Source: Nocardioidaceae bacterium
GTDB lineage: Bacteria > Actinomycetota > Actinomycetes > Propionibacteriales > Nocardioidaceae
Length of the DNA: 64,000 nucleotides
Assembly (NCBI GenBank): GCA_035690905.1
Contig: DASSKA010000109.1
Coordinates: forward strand, 319 to 64,318
Reading direction: 5' to 3'
The position numbers and the translations under genes were made by a program. The notes below the pieces were generated by a model. The model ran no database searches. It was not told where the DNA came from and was given only the letters and a program-made list of their open reading frames with translations. This document shows, piece by piece, positions 54,391 through 63,711 of this stretch (position 1 is its first letter; the number at the start of each line of letters is the position of its first letter).

Positions 54391-55278
54391 ATGACGATCT
54401 CCGTGCCGACCCCGGACGGACGCACGCTCCAGGTGCGGGTTGCCGGTCCCGCGAACGGCCTGCCGCTCGTCATGCACCACGGCACCCCGCAGGGCGCGGT
54501 GCCGTTCGGGATCCTCGAGCGCCCGGCAGCCGAGCGGGGCATCCGGGTGGTCGCCTGCTCGCGACCGGGCTACGGAGGCTCCAGCCCGTTGGCCGACGCG
54601 TCGACGTACACCGTCGCCGACGATGTCACCGACACCACCACGATCCTCGACCACCTGGGGATCGACGAGTTCATCACCCTCGGCTGGTCCGGCGGCGGGC
54701 CCCGCTCACTGGCCTGCGCCGCCTTGCTCCCGGACCGGTGCCTCGCCGCCGCGTCCGGCGCCGGTGTCGCGCCGTTCCACGCCGAGGGGCTGGACTGGTT
54801 CGATGGTATGGGGAGTGAGAACCACGAGGAGCTCGGCGCGGCCGTCCAGGGCGTTGAGTCGTTGGAGCGGTGGCTCACCGAGCACGGGCAGGGCCTGTTC
54901 ACCGCCACCCCGGAGCAGGTGGCGACCGCTCTCGGCGATCTCGTCGACCACGTGGACCGGGCCGCCCTGACCGGCGAGCTCGCCGAGTACCTGGTCGCCA
55001 GCGGGCGGCACGCCGGCGCCCAGGGTGTCGTCGGCTGGCGCGACGACGACCAGGCCCTGGTCAGGCCCTGGGGCTTCGACCTGGCCTCGATCAGGACGCC
55101 CGTGTCGGTCTGGCAGGGGGCGCACGACCGGATGGTGCCCTACGCGCACGGAATCTGGCTGGCCGACCAGATCCCCGGTGCCCGCCGGCACCTGTACGAC
55201 GACGAGGGTCACTTGTCGCTGATCATGCAGATGCACCGGGTCCTCGACGACCTGCTCGACCAGGCCGGCTGGGCCTAG
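54391..55278 (+). CDS. Alpha/beta hydrolase
   Basis: The HHGTP oxyanion region, the GWSGGG nucleophile elbow, and a late D...H pair are present. Confidence 0.8.
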   Translation: MTISVPTPDGRTLQVRVAGPANGLPLVMHHGTPQGAVPFGILERPAAERGIRVVACSRPGYGGSSPLADASTYTVADDVTDTTTILDHLGIDEFITLGWSGGGPRSLACAALLPDRCLAAASGAGVAPFHAEGLDWFDGMGSENHEELGAAVQGVESLERWLTEHGQGLFTATPEQVATALGDLVDHVDRAALTGELAEYLVASGRHAGAQGVVGWRDDDQALVRPWGFDLASIRTPVSVWQGAHDRMVPYAHGIWLADQIPGARRHLYDDEGHLSLIMQMHRVLDDLLDQAGWA

Positions 55279-55661
55279 AGCCGCAGCCGCGCGGAGAACC
55301 GGCTGGGCTTCACGCCCACGCCGCGGGCCAGCCGGGCCAGCGTCTCCAGCGCCAGATCGGCGCTGAACGCGGTGCCCGGCACGGCCAGGGTCAGCCGGCC
55401 GGCGTCGTCGAGCAGCAGCACCTGCCCATAAGTCCACGCCTGGTGCGCCCGGGAGCGCCAGTCCTCCGGCAGCACCGGGGTCGGAAACGCCTGGTCGGCG
55501 GCGAGCAGGTCGCAGGCCAGGGAACGGTCGTGCCCGGAGAGCTCACCGGCGACCCGGTGCTCCCCGCGCACGCTCGAGGTCGCCGTCCAGATCACCTCCT
55601 CGGTGCCGAGCCACTCGGGGAGGTCGAAGGGGTCCACGCCGGCGACCTGCCGGTCGGCCAC
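55275..55661 (-). CDS. Conserved hypothetical protein downstream of tatC
   Basis: 128 aa. GTG at 55661 directly abuts the tatC stop codon. I recognised no family. Confidence 0.5.
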   Translation of the reverse strand: MADRQVAGVDPFDLPEWLGTEEVIWTATSSVRGEHRVAGELSGHDRSLACDLLAADQAFPTPVLPEDWRSRAHQAWTYGQVLLLDDAGRLTLAVPGTAFSADLALETLARLARGVGVKPSRFSARLRL

Positions 55662-56552
55662 TCAGTCGTCCTCCTCGCCGAGGCCGGAGGCGTGCACGTC
55701 CTGGCGGCGCTCGCCGAGCGGTGAGACTTCGTCGTCAGCCAGGTCCCCGAACTCCTGCGCGTCGGCGCGGCGCCGGTCCACGATCCGGGCGATCACCTCC
55801 GAGAGGAAGAACAGCACCGTCATCGGAATGGCCAGCATCAGCATCGAGAACGGGTCCGTGGACGGGGTGGCGACGGCCGCGAACACGAACACGCCGATGA
55901 CGATCCACGGCCGGTACGTGCTCAGCGCCCGGGCGGGCAGCACCCCGGCCAGGTTGAGGAGCACGACGAACAGCGGGATCTCGAAGGCCACCCCGAAGAC
56001 CAGCATCATCCGGGTCAGGAACGAGAAGTAGTCGCTGAACTCGACCAGGTTCTGCACGTTCGACGGCGTGAACCCGATCAGCACCTCGAGGCCACGCGGC
56101 AGCACGTAGTACCCGGCGGCCACTCCTGCGACGAACAGCGGACCCGCCACCGCCGCGAACGTCCGGGTCCACCGCCGCTCGTTGGGATGCAGACCGGGCA
56201 TGATGAACGCCCAGATCTGGTACAGCCAGTACGGGCTGGTCACCACCAGTGCGGCCAGGCCGCACATCTTCAGCTGCAGCATCAGCGGGCCACCGGCGCC
56301 GTTGATGTACGGCTTGGTATTGACGCTGGCCCCCAGGGCGACCCTGGCCTCGTTGTAGGGACGCAGGATCAGCCCGAACAGCTGGTGGTAGAAGAACCAG
56401 GCCACCACCAGCGCGACGACCAGCACCAGTGCCACGCGCAGCATCCGGGCGCGCAGCTCGCGCAGGTGGTCCGCGAGCGGCATCTGTCCGTCTGCGCCGG
56501 CCGGGTGCTGCGGCTTGCCTCGGAAGAGGCCGAAGACTCCGGCTACGGACAC
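55662..56552 (-). CDS. tatC: Twin-arginine translocase subunit TatC
   Basis: The sequence LADHLRELRARMLR, six TM helices, and the family pattern PGLHPNERR are present. Confidence 0.92.
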   Translation of the reverse strand: MSVAGVFGLFRGKPQHPAGADGQMPLADHLRELRARMLRVALVLVVALVVAWFFYHQLFGLILRPYNEARVALGASVNTKPYINGAGGPLMLQLKMCGLAALVVTSPYWLYQIWAFIMPGLHPNERRWTRTFAAVAGPLFVAGVAAGYYVLPRGLEVLIGFTPSNVQNLVEFSDYFSFLTRMMLVFGVAFEIPLFVVLLNLAGVLPARALSTYRPWIVIGVFVFAAVATPSTDPFSMLMLAIPMTVLFFLSEVIARIVDRRRADAQEFGDLADDEVSPLGERRQDVHASGLGEEDD

Positions 56553-56566
56553 GTCAGGTCAGGGAT

Positions 56567-56833
56567 TCAGCGGTCGGGCTCGGTGCGGTGCGGTTCCGCC
56601 GGCGTCTCGGCCTGGTCGACCGGCCGGGCGGCCTCGGTGCTGCGCTGCGCCTCGATCTGCTTGTGCTCCTCGCGCTTGTCGTCGTCCTCGTCGACGAGAC
56701 CCTTGGTCTCCGCCTTGAAGATGCGCAGCGCCCGGCCGCTGCCGCGGGCGAGCTCGGGAAGCTTCTTCGCACCGAACAGCAGCACGAGCGCGAGGATGAT
56801 CAGAATGATCTCGGGCGCTCCGATTGATCCCAT
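56567..56833 (-). CDS. tatA: Twin-arginine translocase subunit TatA
   Basis: 88 aa. N-terminal TM helix plus amphipathic helix ([34 protein letters not shown]). Confidence 0.92.
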   Translation of the reverse strand: MGSIGAPEIILIILALVLLFGAKKLPELARGSGRALRIFKAETKGLVDEDDDKREEHKQIEAQRSTEAARPVDQAETPAEPHRTEPDR

Positions 56834-56848
56834 CTCGTCCTTCTTACC

Positions 56849-57850
56849 TCAGGGGTTGGCAGGGTCCATGGTACTCGCCGCGGACCGGTACCCGGCCAGT
56901 GCCCGCTCCGCGGTCCGTCGTACGTCGTCGGCCAGGCCGGCGGGCTGCTCCACGCGCGCCGCGCCGCCCAGGCGCAGCATCAGCCGGGTCAGCCAGCCGG
57001 GGTCCCCGACCCGCAGGGTGACGCGCAGCCGGCCGCCGCGCGCCTCCTTCGTGGACTCGACCGGGTAGTACTCCGCGACCCAGCGGGCGCCGGGCTCGAG
57101 CAGCACGGTGACCAGGATGTCGTCCGGCGACGGCTGGAACAACCCGTCGGCCAGATCCCGGGGACGCACGTCCCGGTGCGGGAACGTCTCGTCGAGCAAC
57201 TGCGCCGACGAGATCCGGTCCAGCCGGAACAGCCGCTGGTCCTCGGCCAGCCGGCACCAGGCGTCCAGGTAGGTGTGTCCCTCGGCGGTGACCACCCTCA
57301 GCGGCTCGACGGTGCGCTCGGTGGACTCGTCGCGGGTGGGCACGTAGTAGTCGATGCGCACCGCCCGGCGCTCGTCTACCGCCCGGGCCAGGTCCTGCCG
57401 CAGCCTGCCGAGCTCGGTCTCGTCCGGAGGGAGCTGCACCTCCACCTGCGCGGCGAGCGCGGCCGCCTCGCCGGCTGCTGCCTCCAGCTTGCCGAGAACC
57501 CGGTCGACCACTGGCCGGACCTGGTCGTCGCCGCTCTCCCGCAGGGCGCGTAGCGCCACGATCAGCGCCGACGCCTCCGAGCTGCCCAGCCGCAGCGGCC
57601 GCCCCAGGTAGTCGGCGTTGGAGACCCGGATCACCCCCTCGCCCTCGAGGGCGTCCATGTCCACGTCGATCAGGTCGCCCATGCCCAGCCCGGGCAGCCC
57701 GCAGAACCACAGCACGTTGAGGTCCTTGACGATCTGCGCGGGCCGGACCCCGAAGTCGGCGGCCGCCTGCTCCAGGGAGACCTCGGAGCGGGTCTGGATG
57801 TAGGGCACCAGCGCGAGCAGCCGGCCCACCTGGTCGCGGGCGCCGCTCAT
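56849..57850 (-). CDS. pafC: HTH-WYL transcriptional regulator PafC
   Basis: Second of two tandem HTH/WYL genes downstream of pafA. 4-nt overlap with pafB. Confidence 0.85.
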   Translation of the reverse strand: MSGARDQVGRLLALVPYIQTRSEVSLEQAAADFGVRPAQIVKDLNVLWFCGLPGLGMGDLIDVDMDALEGEGVIRVSNADYLGRPLRLGSSEASALIVALRALRESGDDQVRPVVDRVLGKLEAAAGEAAALAAQVEVQLPPDETELGRLRQDLARAVDERRAVRIDYYVPTRDESTERTVEPLRVVTAEGHTYLDAWCRLAEDQRLFRLDRISSAQLLDETFPHRDVRPRDLADGLFQPSPDDILVTVLLEPGARWVAEYYPVESTKEARGGRLRVTLRVGDPGWLTRLMLRLGGAARVEQPAGLADDVRRTAERALAGYRSAASTMDPANP

Positions 57851-58812
57851 GGTCGGACCCCCGCGGCGGCGCGCAGTCGGTCGACCACCAGCTCGCGCAG
57901 CTCGGCCGGATCCTCGACGACGACGTCGGCGCCGTAGCCGAGCACCTCATCGGCGAGTGACTCGGTGCGCCCGAACGGCACCTCGAGGGCGTCCCAGCCG
58001 TCGGGCGCCTCCGCGTCACACACTCGTCCGTGCCGCCGCAGGCCCAGGGCAGCCCCGTGCCGGACCAGCATCCGGCTGGTGCGGTTCGGCTCCTCCGGTG
58101 CCAGCGACGTGGCCAGCGCGTGCACGTCGGTCCCTTCCGGTACGTCGAACGAGCCCGGCTGGCCGTCCCGTCGTACCTCGCCCTGCACCCGGGAGAGCCG
58201 GAACAGCCGCTCCGCGCCCCGGTCGGTGTCCAGCCCGACGACGTACCAGCGGCCTCGGTAGGACACCACGCCCCAGGGCTGCAGGTGCCGTTCGGCGGGC
58301 GCGGTGGCCGACGCGGAGCGGTAGCCGAACCGCACCGGGGTGCGGGTCACCGTCGCGTCCCAGAACGCCTCGAAGCAGGGTTCCTCGACGCTGATCTGCG
58401 GGCGTACGACGTCCAGGGCGGTCCGGTCCACGTCGACGCCGGCCGCTTTCAGCTTGACCAGCGCGTTGGTGGTCGCGGACGCGAGGCCGGCGTGCTGCCA
58501 CACGCGCGCTGCCAGCCCGACCACCGCGGCCTCCTCCGGCGTGAGGTCGATCTGCGGCAGCTCGAAGGCCGACCGCTCGACGCGGTAGCCCGGCTCGTCC
58601 TCGAACGCCCGGTCGGTGTACCCGACCTCCAGCGGGATGCCCAGCGAGCGCAGCTCCTCCTTGTCCCGCTCGAACATCTTCTCGAAGGCGTCGTCGCTGC
58701 TCCCGCGGTACTGCTCGACCACCTCGCGGATCCGGTCCTTGGTCACGTAGCTGCGCGAGACCAGCAACGTGATGAGCAGGTTCAGCAACCGCTCGCTCTT
58801 GCGTGCCGCCAC
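57847..58812 (-). CDS. pafB: HTH-WYL transcriptional regulator PafB
   Basis: N-terminal HTH (ERLLNLLITLLVSRSYVTKDRIRE) and a WYL-type middle domain (YRGRWYVVG). Confidence 0.85.
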   Translation of the reverse strand: MAARKSERLLNLLITLLVSRSYVTKDRIREVVEQYRGSSDDAFEKMFERDKEELRSLGIPLEVGYTDRAFEDEPGYRVERSAFELPQIDLTPEEAAVVGLAARVWQHAGLASATTNALVKLKAAGVDVDRTALDVVRPQISVEEPCFEAFWDATVTRTPVRFGYRSASATAPAERHLQPWGVVSYRGRWYVVGLDTDRGAERLFRLSRVQGEVRRDGQPGSFDVPEGTDVHALATSLAPEEPNRTSRMLVRHGAALGLRRHGRVCDAEAPDGWDALEVPFGRTESLADEVLGYGADVVVEDPAELRELVVDRLRAAAGVRP

Positions 58813-58846
58813 GGCACCCCCTTCCGGGGGCGAACCTACCTCAACC

Positions 58847-59833
58847 TCAGCCGACCCCGAGGACGTCGATGACGAACGCCAGCGTGTCCGTGCCCTTGAT
58901 CGGCGGGTTGGACTGCGGGTTGCCGCTCGGGCCGTAGCCGTAGTCCGGCGGCACGGTGATCAGCACCCGCGACCCGGTCTTCACCCCGACCAGGCCCTCG
59001 TCCCAGCCCTTGATCAGGCCGTGCACGCCCACCGGGAAGGTCCGCGGACCGCTGGAGTAGGACTCGTCGAAGACCTTGTCGGTGCCGTAGATCTGGCCGA
59101 GGTAGTTGAACGTGACCAGGCTGCCCTTGCGGACCGGCTCACCGTTGCCCTGGATCAGGGTGTGCACCTGCAGCTTCTTGGACGGCTGCTTGGGCGCCTT
59201 CGAGAAGTCCAGCCCGGTGACCTTGCCATTCTTCTCCACCACGGTGGGCAGGTCGCTCGGCAGGTTGGCCGGCTTGCTGCCCTGCGGGCCGTTGAGCACG
59301 TGGTTCGGCTCGGCGGAGACGATGTCGACCACGAACACCACGTCGTCCTTGCCGGACAGGTGTAGCTGCGGGGCACCCGATGCGCCGTACGCGTCCTTCG
59401 GGACAGCGGCGACCACCATCCGGGTGCCCACCTTCTTGCCGACGATCGCGTCGATCACGCCGGGCCACATGCTGCCGCTGGCCACCGTGCCGGTGAACGG
59501 GACGCCCTGATCGTAGGTCGCCGCGATCTTCTTGCCGGTGGTCCCGTTGGCGAGGTACAGGTCGAGCAGCACCTTCTTGTTGCGGTTCACCGTGTCGCCG
59601 TTGCCCTGCTCGAGCACCTGCGTCTCGGTGTGGTCGAGCTTCAGCGGGGCGTCCACCTTCACCGTCGGTGCGCTGCCGAAGCTGCCGCTGACGTGGACGC
59701 CGGGGACCCCGGTCGAGGCGCTGCCGGACGACTGCTGGTTCTGGGGTGAGCCCTGGTCCGACGACCCGCACGCGGCGGTGCCGAGCAGCAGCAGCGGTAC
59801 GACGGACAGGGCGACGAGACGGCGATGGCGCAA
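58847..59833 (-). CDS. Lipoprotein with two FKBP-type peptidyl-prolyl isomerase domains
   Basis: TTG at 59833 follows GAGGTG. Signal peptide with lipobox (LLLLGTAAC). Two FKBP-like segments; the C-terminal one has FPVGVHGLIKGWDEGLVGVKTGSRVLITVPPDYGYG. Confidence 0.8.
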   Translation of the reverse strand: MRHRRLVALSVVPLLLLGTAACGSSDQGSPQNQQSSGSASTGVPGVHVSGSFGSAPTVKVDAPLKLDHTETQVLEQGNGDTVNRNKKVLLDLYLANGTTGKKIAATYDQGVPFTGTVASGSMWPGVIDAIVGKKVGTRMVVAAVPKDAYGASGAPQLHLSGKDDVVFVVDIVSAEPNHVLNGPQGSKPANLPSDLPTVVEKNGKVTGLDFSKAPKQPSKKLQVHTLIQGNGEPVRKGSLVTFNYLGQIYGTDKVFDESYSSGPRTFPVGVHGLIKGWDEGLVGVKTGSRVLITVPPDYGYGPSGNPQSNPPIKGTDTLAFVIDVLGVG

Positions 59834-59928
59834 GGGGACACCTCGGATCGACGGGGAAGGCACAGGCTGTGAACGATAGCCGGGGTCCGGTGGGTTCCCC
59901 GAACCGGCGCCACGCGTGGTGGCCCCCG

Positions 59929-61290
59929 TCACATCCCTTCGATGAGCTTGTGCACCCGTTCGTCCTGGGACCGGAACGGGTCCTTGCACAGCACGGTGCG
60001 CTGGGCCTGGTCGTTGAGCTTCAGGTGCACCCAGTCCACGGTGAAGTCGCGGCGGCGCTCCTGGGCGCGCTTGATGAACTCCCCGCGCAGCCGGGCCCGG
60101 GTGGTCTGCGGCGGCACCGACTTGGCCTCGAAGATCTTCAGGTCGGTGGTCACCCGGGACACCGCGCCGCGGCGCTCGAGCAGGTAGTACAGACCGCGGC
60201 CCCGGTGGATGTCGTGGTAGGCGAGGTCAAGCTGGGCGATCCGGGGGTGGCTCATCGGCAGCCCGTTCTGGGTGCGGTAGCGGTCGATCAGCTTCCACTT
60301 GATCACCCAGTCGATCTCCCGCTCGACCAGCCCGAGGTCACCGGACTCCACCGCCTTCAGGCCGCGCTCCCACAGGTCCAGGGTGCGCTCGATCACCGGG
60401 CCGCCGAGCTCGCGGCGGTCCACGAAGTCCCGGGCGCGGGACAGGTACTCGTGCTGCACGTCCAGCGCGCTGGCCTCCCGGCCGTTGGCGAGGCGCACCT
60501 TGCGCCGGCCGGACATGTCGTGGGAGATCTCCCGGATGGCCCGGATCGGGTTCTCCATGGTGAGGTCCCGCATCACCACGCCCTCCTCGATCATCCGCAG
60601 CACCAGGTCGCAGCTGGCGATCTTCAGCAGCGTGGTGGCCTCGCACATGTTCGAGTCGCCGACGATCACGTGCAGCCGGCGGTAGCGCTCGGCGTCCGCG
60701 TGCGGCTCGTCGCGGGTGTTGATGATCGGTCGGGACCGGGTGGTGGCGCTGGAGACGCCCTCCCAGATGTGCTCGGCGCGCTGGGAGACCGAGTACATCG
60801 CTCCGCGCGGCGTCTGGGTGACCTTGCCGGCGCCGCAGATGATCTGCCGGGTGACCAGGAACGGGATCAGCACGTCGGCGAGCTTGGCGAACTCGCCGTG
60901 CCGGTCGACCAGGTAGTTCTCGTGGCAGCCGTAGGAGTTGCCGGCCGAGTCGGTGTTGTTCTTGAACAGGTAGACGTCGCCGGCGATGCCCTCGTCGTGC
61001 AGCCGCCGCTCGGCGTCGACCAGCAGGCCCTCGAGGGTCCGCTCCCCCGCCTTGTCGTGGGCGACCAGGTCGATGATGTCGTCGCACTCGGGGGTGGCGT
61101 ACTCCGGATGGCTGCCCACGTCCAGGTACAGCCTGGCGCCGTTGCGCAGGAAGACGTTGCTGCTCCGCCCCCAGGACACGACTTTCCGGAACAGGTACCG
61201 CGCCACCTCGTCGGGAGACAGCCGGCGCTGCCCGCGGAACGTGCACGTGACGCCGTACTCGTTCTCGATCCCGAAGATCCTCCGGTCCAC
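59929..61290 (-). CDS. pafA: Pup--protein ligase
   Basis: 453 aa. [14 protein letters not shown] and [21 protein letters not shown] are typical of PafA/Dop. Identified as PafA by its position next to pafBC. Confidence 0.93.
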   Translation of the reverse strand: MDRRIFGIENEYGVTCTFRGQRRLSPDEVARYLFRKVVSWGRSSNVFLRNGARLYLDVGSHPEYATPECDDIIDLVAHDKAGERTLEGLLVDAERRLHDEGIAGDVYLFKNNTDSAGNSYGCHENYLVDRHGEFAKLADVLIPFLVTRQIICGAGKVTQTPRGAMYSVSQRAEHIWEGVSSATTRSRPIINTRDEPHADAERYRRLHVIVGDSNMCEATTLLKIASCDLVLRMIEEGVVMRDLTMENPIRAIREISHDMSGRRKVRLANGREASALDVQHEYLSRARDFVDRRELGGPVIERTLDLWERGLKAVESGDLGLVEREIDWVIKWKLIDRYRTQNGLPMSHPRIAQLDLAYHDIHRGRGLYYLLERRGAVSRVTTDLKIFEAKSVPPQTTRARLRGEFIKRAQERRRDFTVDWVHLKLNDQAQRTVLCKDPFRSQDERVHKLIEGM

Positions 61291-61348
61291 GTCACCACCT
61301 TACGTGCGCGCCGAGCCGTTTGGCCGACACCGCACCAACTCCACCCCC

Positions 61349-61431
61349 CGAGTGGTCAGCCGCGGCGTGTCGAGTGGTCAGTCGCGGCGTGTCGAGTGGT
61401 CAGTCGCGGCGTGTCGAGTGGTCAGTCGCGG
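61349..61431 (+). repeat. Tandem array of ~3.8 copies of the 22-nt unit CGAGTGGTCAG(C/T)CGCGGCGTGT
   Basis: Counted directly. Copies at 61349-61370, 61371-61392 and 61393-61414 differ at one position only, and a 17-nt partial copy ends at 61431. The array lies in the pafA/nudix divergent intergenic region. Confidence 0.95.
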
Positions 61432-61460
61432 GAGTTCGCGCCGGCGTATCGTGCCCGGTC

Positions 61461-61916
61461 GTGGACTACCGCGACTACGACACCCGGCTGGCTGCCTATG
61501 CGGTCATCGTCGACGACCTCGACCCGGTGCTGCTCGCCCTGTGGAACGAGGGCCCCGAGCCGCTGTGGACGCTCCCGGGCGGCGGCGTCCAGCTCCCCGA
61601 GGCCGTGGAGGAGGCGGCGGTTCGCGAGGTGCTCGAGGAGACCGGGTACGACGTGGCGCTGGGGCCGCTCCTGGGCATCCACTCCCTCGTCGTACCCCCC
61701 GAGCAGCGGTTGCGGGCGAGGAACCGTGACCGTCCCCTCAAGTCGGTCCGGGTGATGTTCGAGGGCTCGGTCAACTGCGGGTCGCTGAGGAACGAGGTCG
61801 CCGGCACCACCGACGAGGCGCGCTGGATTCCCATGGCCGAGGTGCCCGACCTCGCGCGGGTCGATCTCGTCGACACGGGTCTGGATTTCTGGCGCCGCGC
61901 CCGCCGGTCGGTGTAG
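61461..61916 (+). CDS. NUDIX hydrolase
   Basis: GTG at 61461. Nudix box GGGVQLPEAVEEAAVREVLEETG. The longer track ORF (from 61320) would translate the tandem repeat and was rejected. Confidence 0.8.
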   Translation: MDYRDYDTRLAAYAVIVDDLDPVLLALWNEGPEPLWTLPGGGVQLPEAVEEAAVREVLEETGYDVALGPLLGIHSLVVPPEQRLRARNRDRPLKSVRVMFEGSVNCGSLRNEVAGTTDEARWIPMAEVPDLARVDLVDTGLDFWRRARRSV

Positions 61917-61978
61917 CAAGTGACCAATGAACGCGCCACGAGTGACCACTCAACGCGCCACGAGTGACCACTCAACGC
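61917..61978 (-). repeat. Tandem array of ~2.8 copies of a 22-nt unit (plus-strand TGACCACTCAACGCGCCACGAG), the inverted relative of the 61349 array
   Basis: Full copy at 61943-61964; a 20/22 copy at 61921-61942; a partial copy at 61965-61978. The reverse complement matches the upstream unit at 18/22 positions and shares the GAGTGGTCA core. Confidence 0.9.
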
Positions 61979-61982
61979 AGGG

Positions 61983-62840
61983 TCAGGTGAGCGGGTCGCT
62001 CGGGTCGGCGGGCGGAGCGATGGGTGGTTCACCAGACTCGTCGGTCCGGGAAGGCATTGAGCCTCTGTCGGCCCGGGAGGGCTCCGTGGACGGTCCGGTG
62101 GAGGAGCCGGCCGTGCCGGCAGACGGCGCAGCGGCGCCGGCCGGCTCCCGGGTGGACAGGATCTCCGCGAGCTCCTGGGTGGAGAACCGCTTGAACTTCC
62201 GCTTCTGGGAGCGGGTCCGATCCAGGGCCGCCACCTCGAGGTTCTCCGGCGGGATGGTCCGGGGCTCGGACTCGTTGTGCCCGAGCGCGTCGACGGCCAG
62301 CCGGACCGCGTCCTGCAGTGACATGCCGGCGGCGTACCGGCCGGAGAGGTAGCCCGAGACGGTCTCGGCCGAGCCACCCATCACCGCGTAGCCGTGCTCG
62401 TCGCCCATCTGGCCGTCGAAGGTGACCCGGTAGATCTCGTCGGTGCCGGGGGCGGTGCCGACCTCGGCGACCAGGATCTCCACCTCGTAGGGTTTCTCCC
62501 CCCCGCTGGAGAAGATGGTCCCCAGGGTCTGCGCGTAGGCGTTGGCGAGGCCGCGACCGGTGACGTCGCGCCGGTCGTAGGCGTAGCCGCGCATGTCGGC
62601 GAGCCGGACACCGGCGATGCGCAGGTTCTCGAACTCGTTGTAGCGGCCCACCGCGGCGAACGCGATCCGGTCGTAGATCTCGCTCACCTTGTGCAGGGTC
62701 TGCGGGTTCTCCGAGACGATGACGATGCCGTCCGGGTACTGCAGCGCGACGACGCTGCGGCCACGCGAGATTCCCTTGCGCGCGTAGTCCGCCCGGTCCT
62801 TCATCTGCTGCTCGGGCGAGACGTAGAACGGCATGCTCAT
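61983..62840 (-). CDS. prcA: Proteasome subunit alpha with a Pro/Ser/Gly-rich C-terminal extension
   Basis: [24 protein letters not shown] and the remaining core match PrcA. The last ~55 aa are low complexity. Confidence 0.93.
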   Translation of the reverse strand: MSMPFYVSPEQQMKDRADYARKGISRGRSVVALQYPDGIVIVSENPQTLHKVSEIYDRIAFAAVGRYNEFENLRIAGVRLADMRGYAYDRRDVTGRGLANAYAQTLGTIFSSGGEKPYEVEILVAEVGTAPGTDEIYRVTFDGQMGDEHGYAVMGGSAETVSGYLSGRYAAGMSLQDAVRLAVDALGHNESEPRTIPPENLEVAALDRTRSQKRKFKRFSTQELAEILSTREPAGAAAPSAGTAGSSTGPSTEPSRADRGSMPSRTDESGEPPIAPPADPSDPLT

Positions 62841-62859
62841 GTGTGCGTGGGTGCCTTTC

Positions 62860-63705
62860 TCAGGTGAGGGCCGCGGTCGGGCCGTCGGGACGCTGCATCC
62901 GGCCGGCGATCACCCGGTCGGCGATCTGGGCCACTTCGTCGTCGGGCAGCCTGCGGTAGCCGGAGGAGGTGATCACCGCGATCACGGGGAAGATCCGGCG
63001 GGTCACGTCCGGTCCTCCGGTGGCCGAGTCGTCGTCCGCCGCGTCGTACAGCGCCTGGATGGTCGCGGTCACCGCCTCGTCGCCGCTGAGGTCGTTGCGG
63101 TAGAGCTTCTTCAGCGAGCCCCGCGCGAACATCGACCCGGACCCGACCGAGTGGAACGCGGTCTCCTCGTAGCGCCCTCCGGTGACGTCGTAGGAGAAGA
63201 TCCGTCCGATTCCGGAGGACAGGTCGTAGCCGGCGAAGAGGGGTACGACGGCCAACCCCTGCATCGCCATCCCGAGGTTGGACCGGATCAGCGCGGCAAG
63301 CCGGTTCGCCTTGCCGTCCATCGACAAGGTGATGCCCTCGATCTTCTCGTAGTGCTCCAGCTCGGTCTGGAACAGCCGCACCATCTCCACGGCCAGTCCG
63401 GCCGTGCCGGCGATGCCCACACAGGAGAACTCGTCGGCGGGGAACACCTTCTCGATGTCCCGCTGGGCGATCACGTTGCCCATCGTCGCCCGCCGGTCCC
63501 CCGCCATCACCACCCCGCCGTCGAAGGTGGCCGCCACGATCGTCGTGCCGTGCGGGGCCAGCTCCGACGCGTCACCGCCCGGCAACGAGCGCCGGGACGG
63601 CAGCAGCTCGGGTGACTGCTGCGCGAGGAACTCCGCGAACGATGACGAGCCCGGCACCAGGAAGGCGGCGGGCAGGCGTGGGTCGGCCGGTCGGGGCTGG
63701 CTCAT
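62860..63705 (-). CDS. prcB: Proteasome subunit beta (with propeptide)
   Basis: The propeptide is followed by HG/TTIVA (catalytic Thr1), with GSGS and other 20S beta motifs. Confidence 0.93.
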   Translation of the reverse strand: MSQPRPADPRLPAAFLVPGSSSFAEFLAQQSPELLPSRRSLPGGDASELAPHGTTIVAATFDGGVVMAGDRRATMGNVIAQRDIEKVFPADEFSCVGIAGTAGLAVEMVRLFQTELEHYEKIEGITLSMDGKANRLAALIRSNLGMAMQGLAVVPLFAGYDLSSGIGRIFSYDVTGGRYEETAFHSVGSGSMFARGSLKKLYRNDLSGDEAVTATIQALYDAADDDSATGGPDVTRRIFPVIAVITSSGYRRLPDDEVAQIADRVIAGRMQRPDGPTAALT

Positions 63706-63711
63706 CGGGGT

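Noticed and set aside
59893-59905. GGTTC-N3-GAACC palindrome upstream of the FKBP gene, resembling GGTTC-N4-GAACC at 1155-1168.
   Set aside because: These are 5-bp arms with different spacing. Matches like this are expected by chance in 64 kb, so this is not enough to propose a shared regulator.
61320-61460. N-terminal extension of the Nudix ORF (start at 61320), encoding repeated ...RVEWSV.../...VSSGQSR... peptides.
   Set aside because: The repetitive peptide is simply the translation of the 22-nt DNA tandem repeat. 22 is not a multiple of 3, so the frame rotates from copy to copy. The Nudix fold begins after the GTG at 61461.
61349-61978. Whether the 22-nt repeats could be a CRISPR array.
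   Set aside because: The copies are directly head-to-tail with no spacers, the arrays are very short, and I saw no cas genes in the window.
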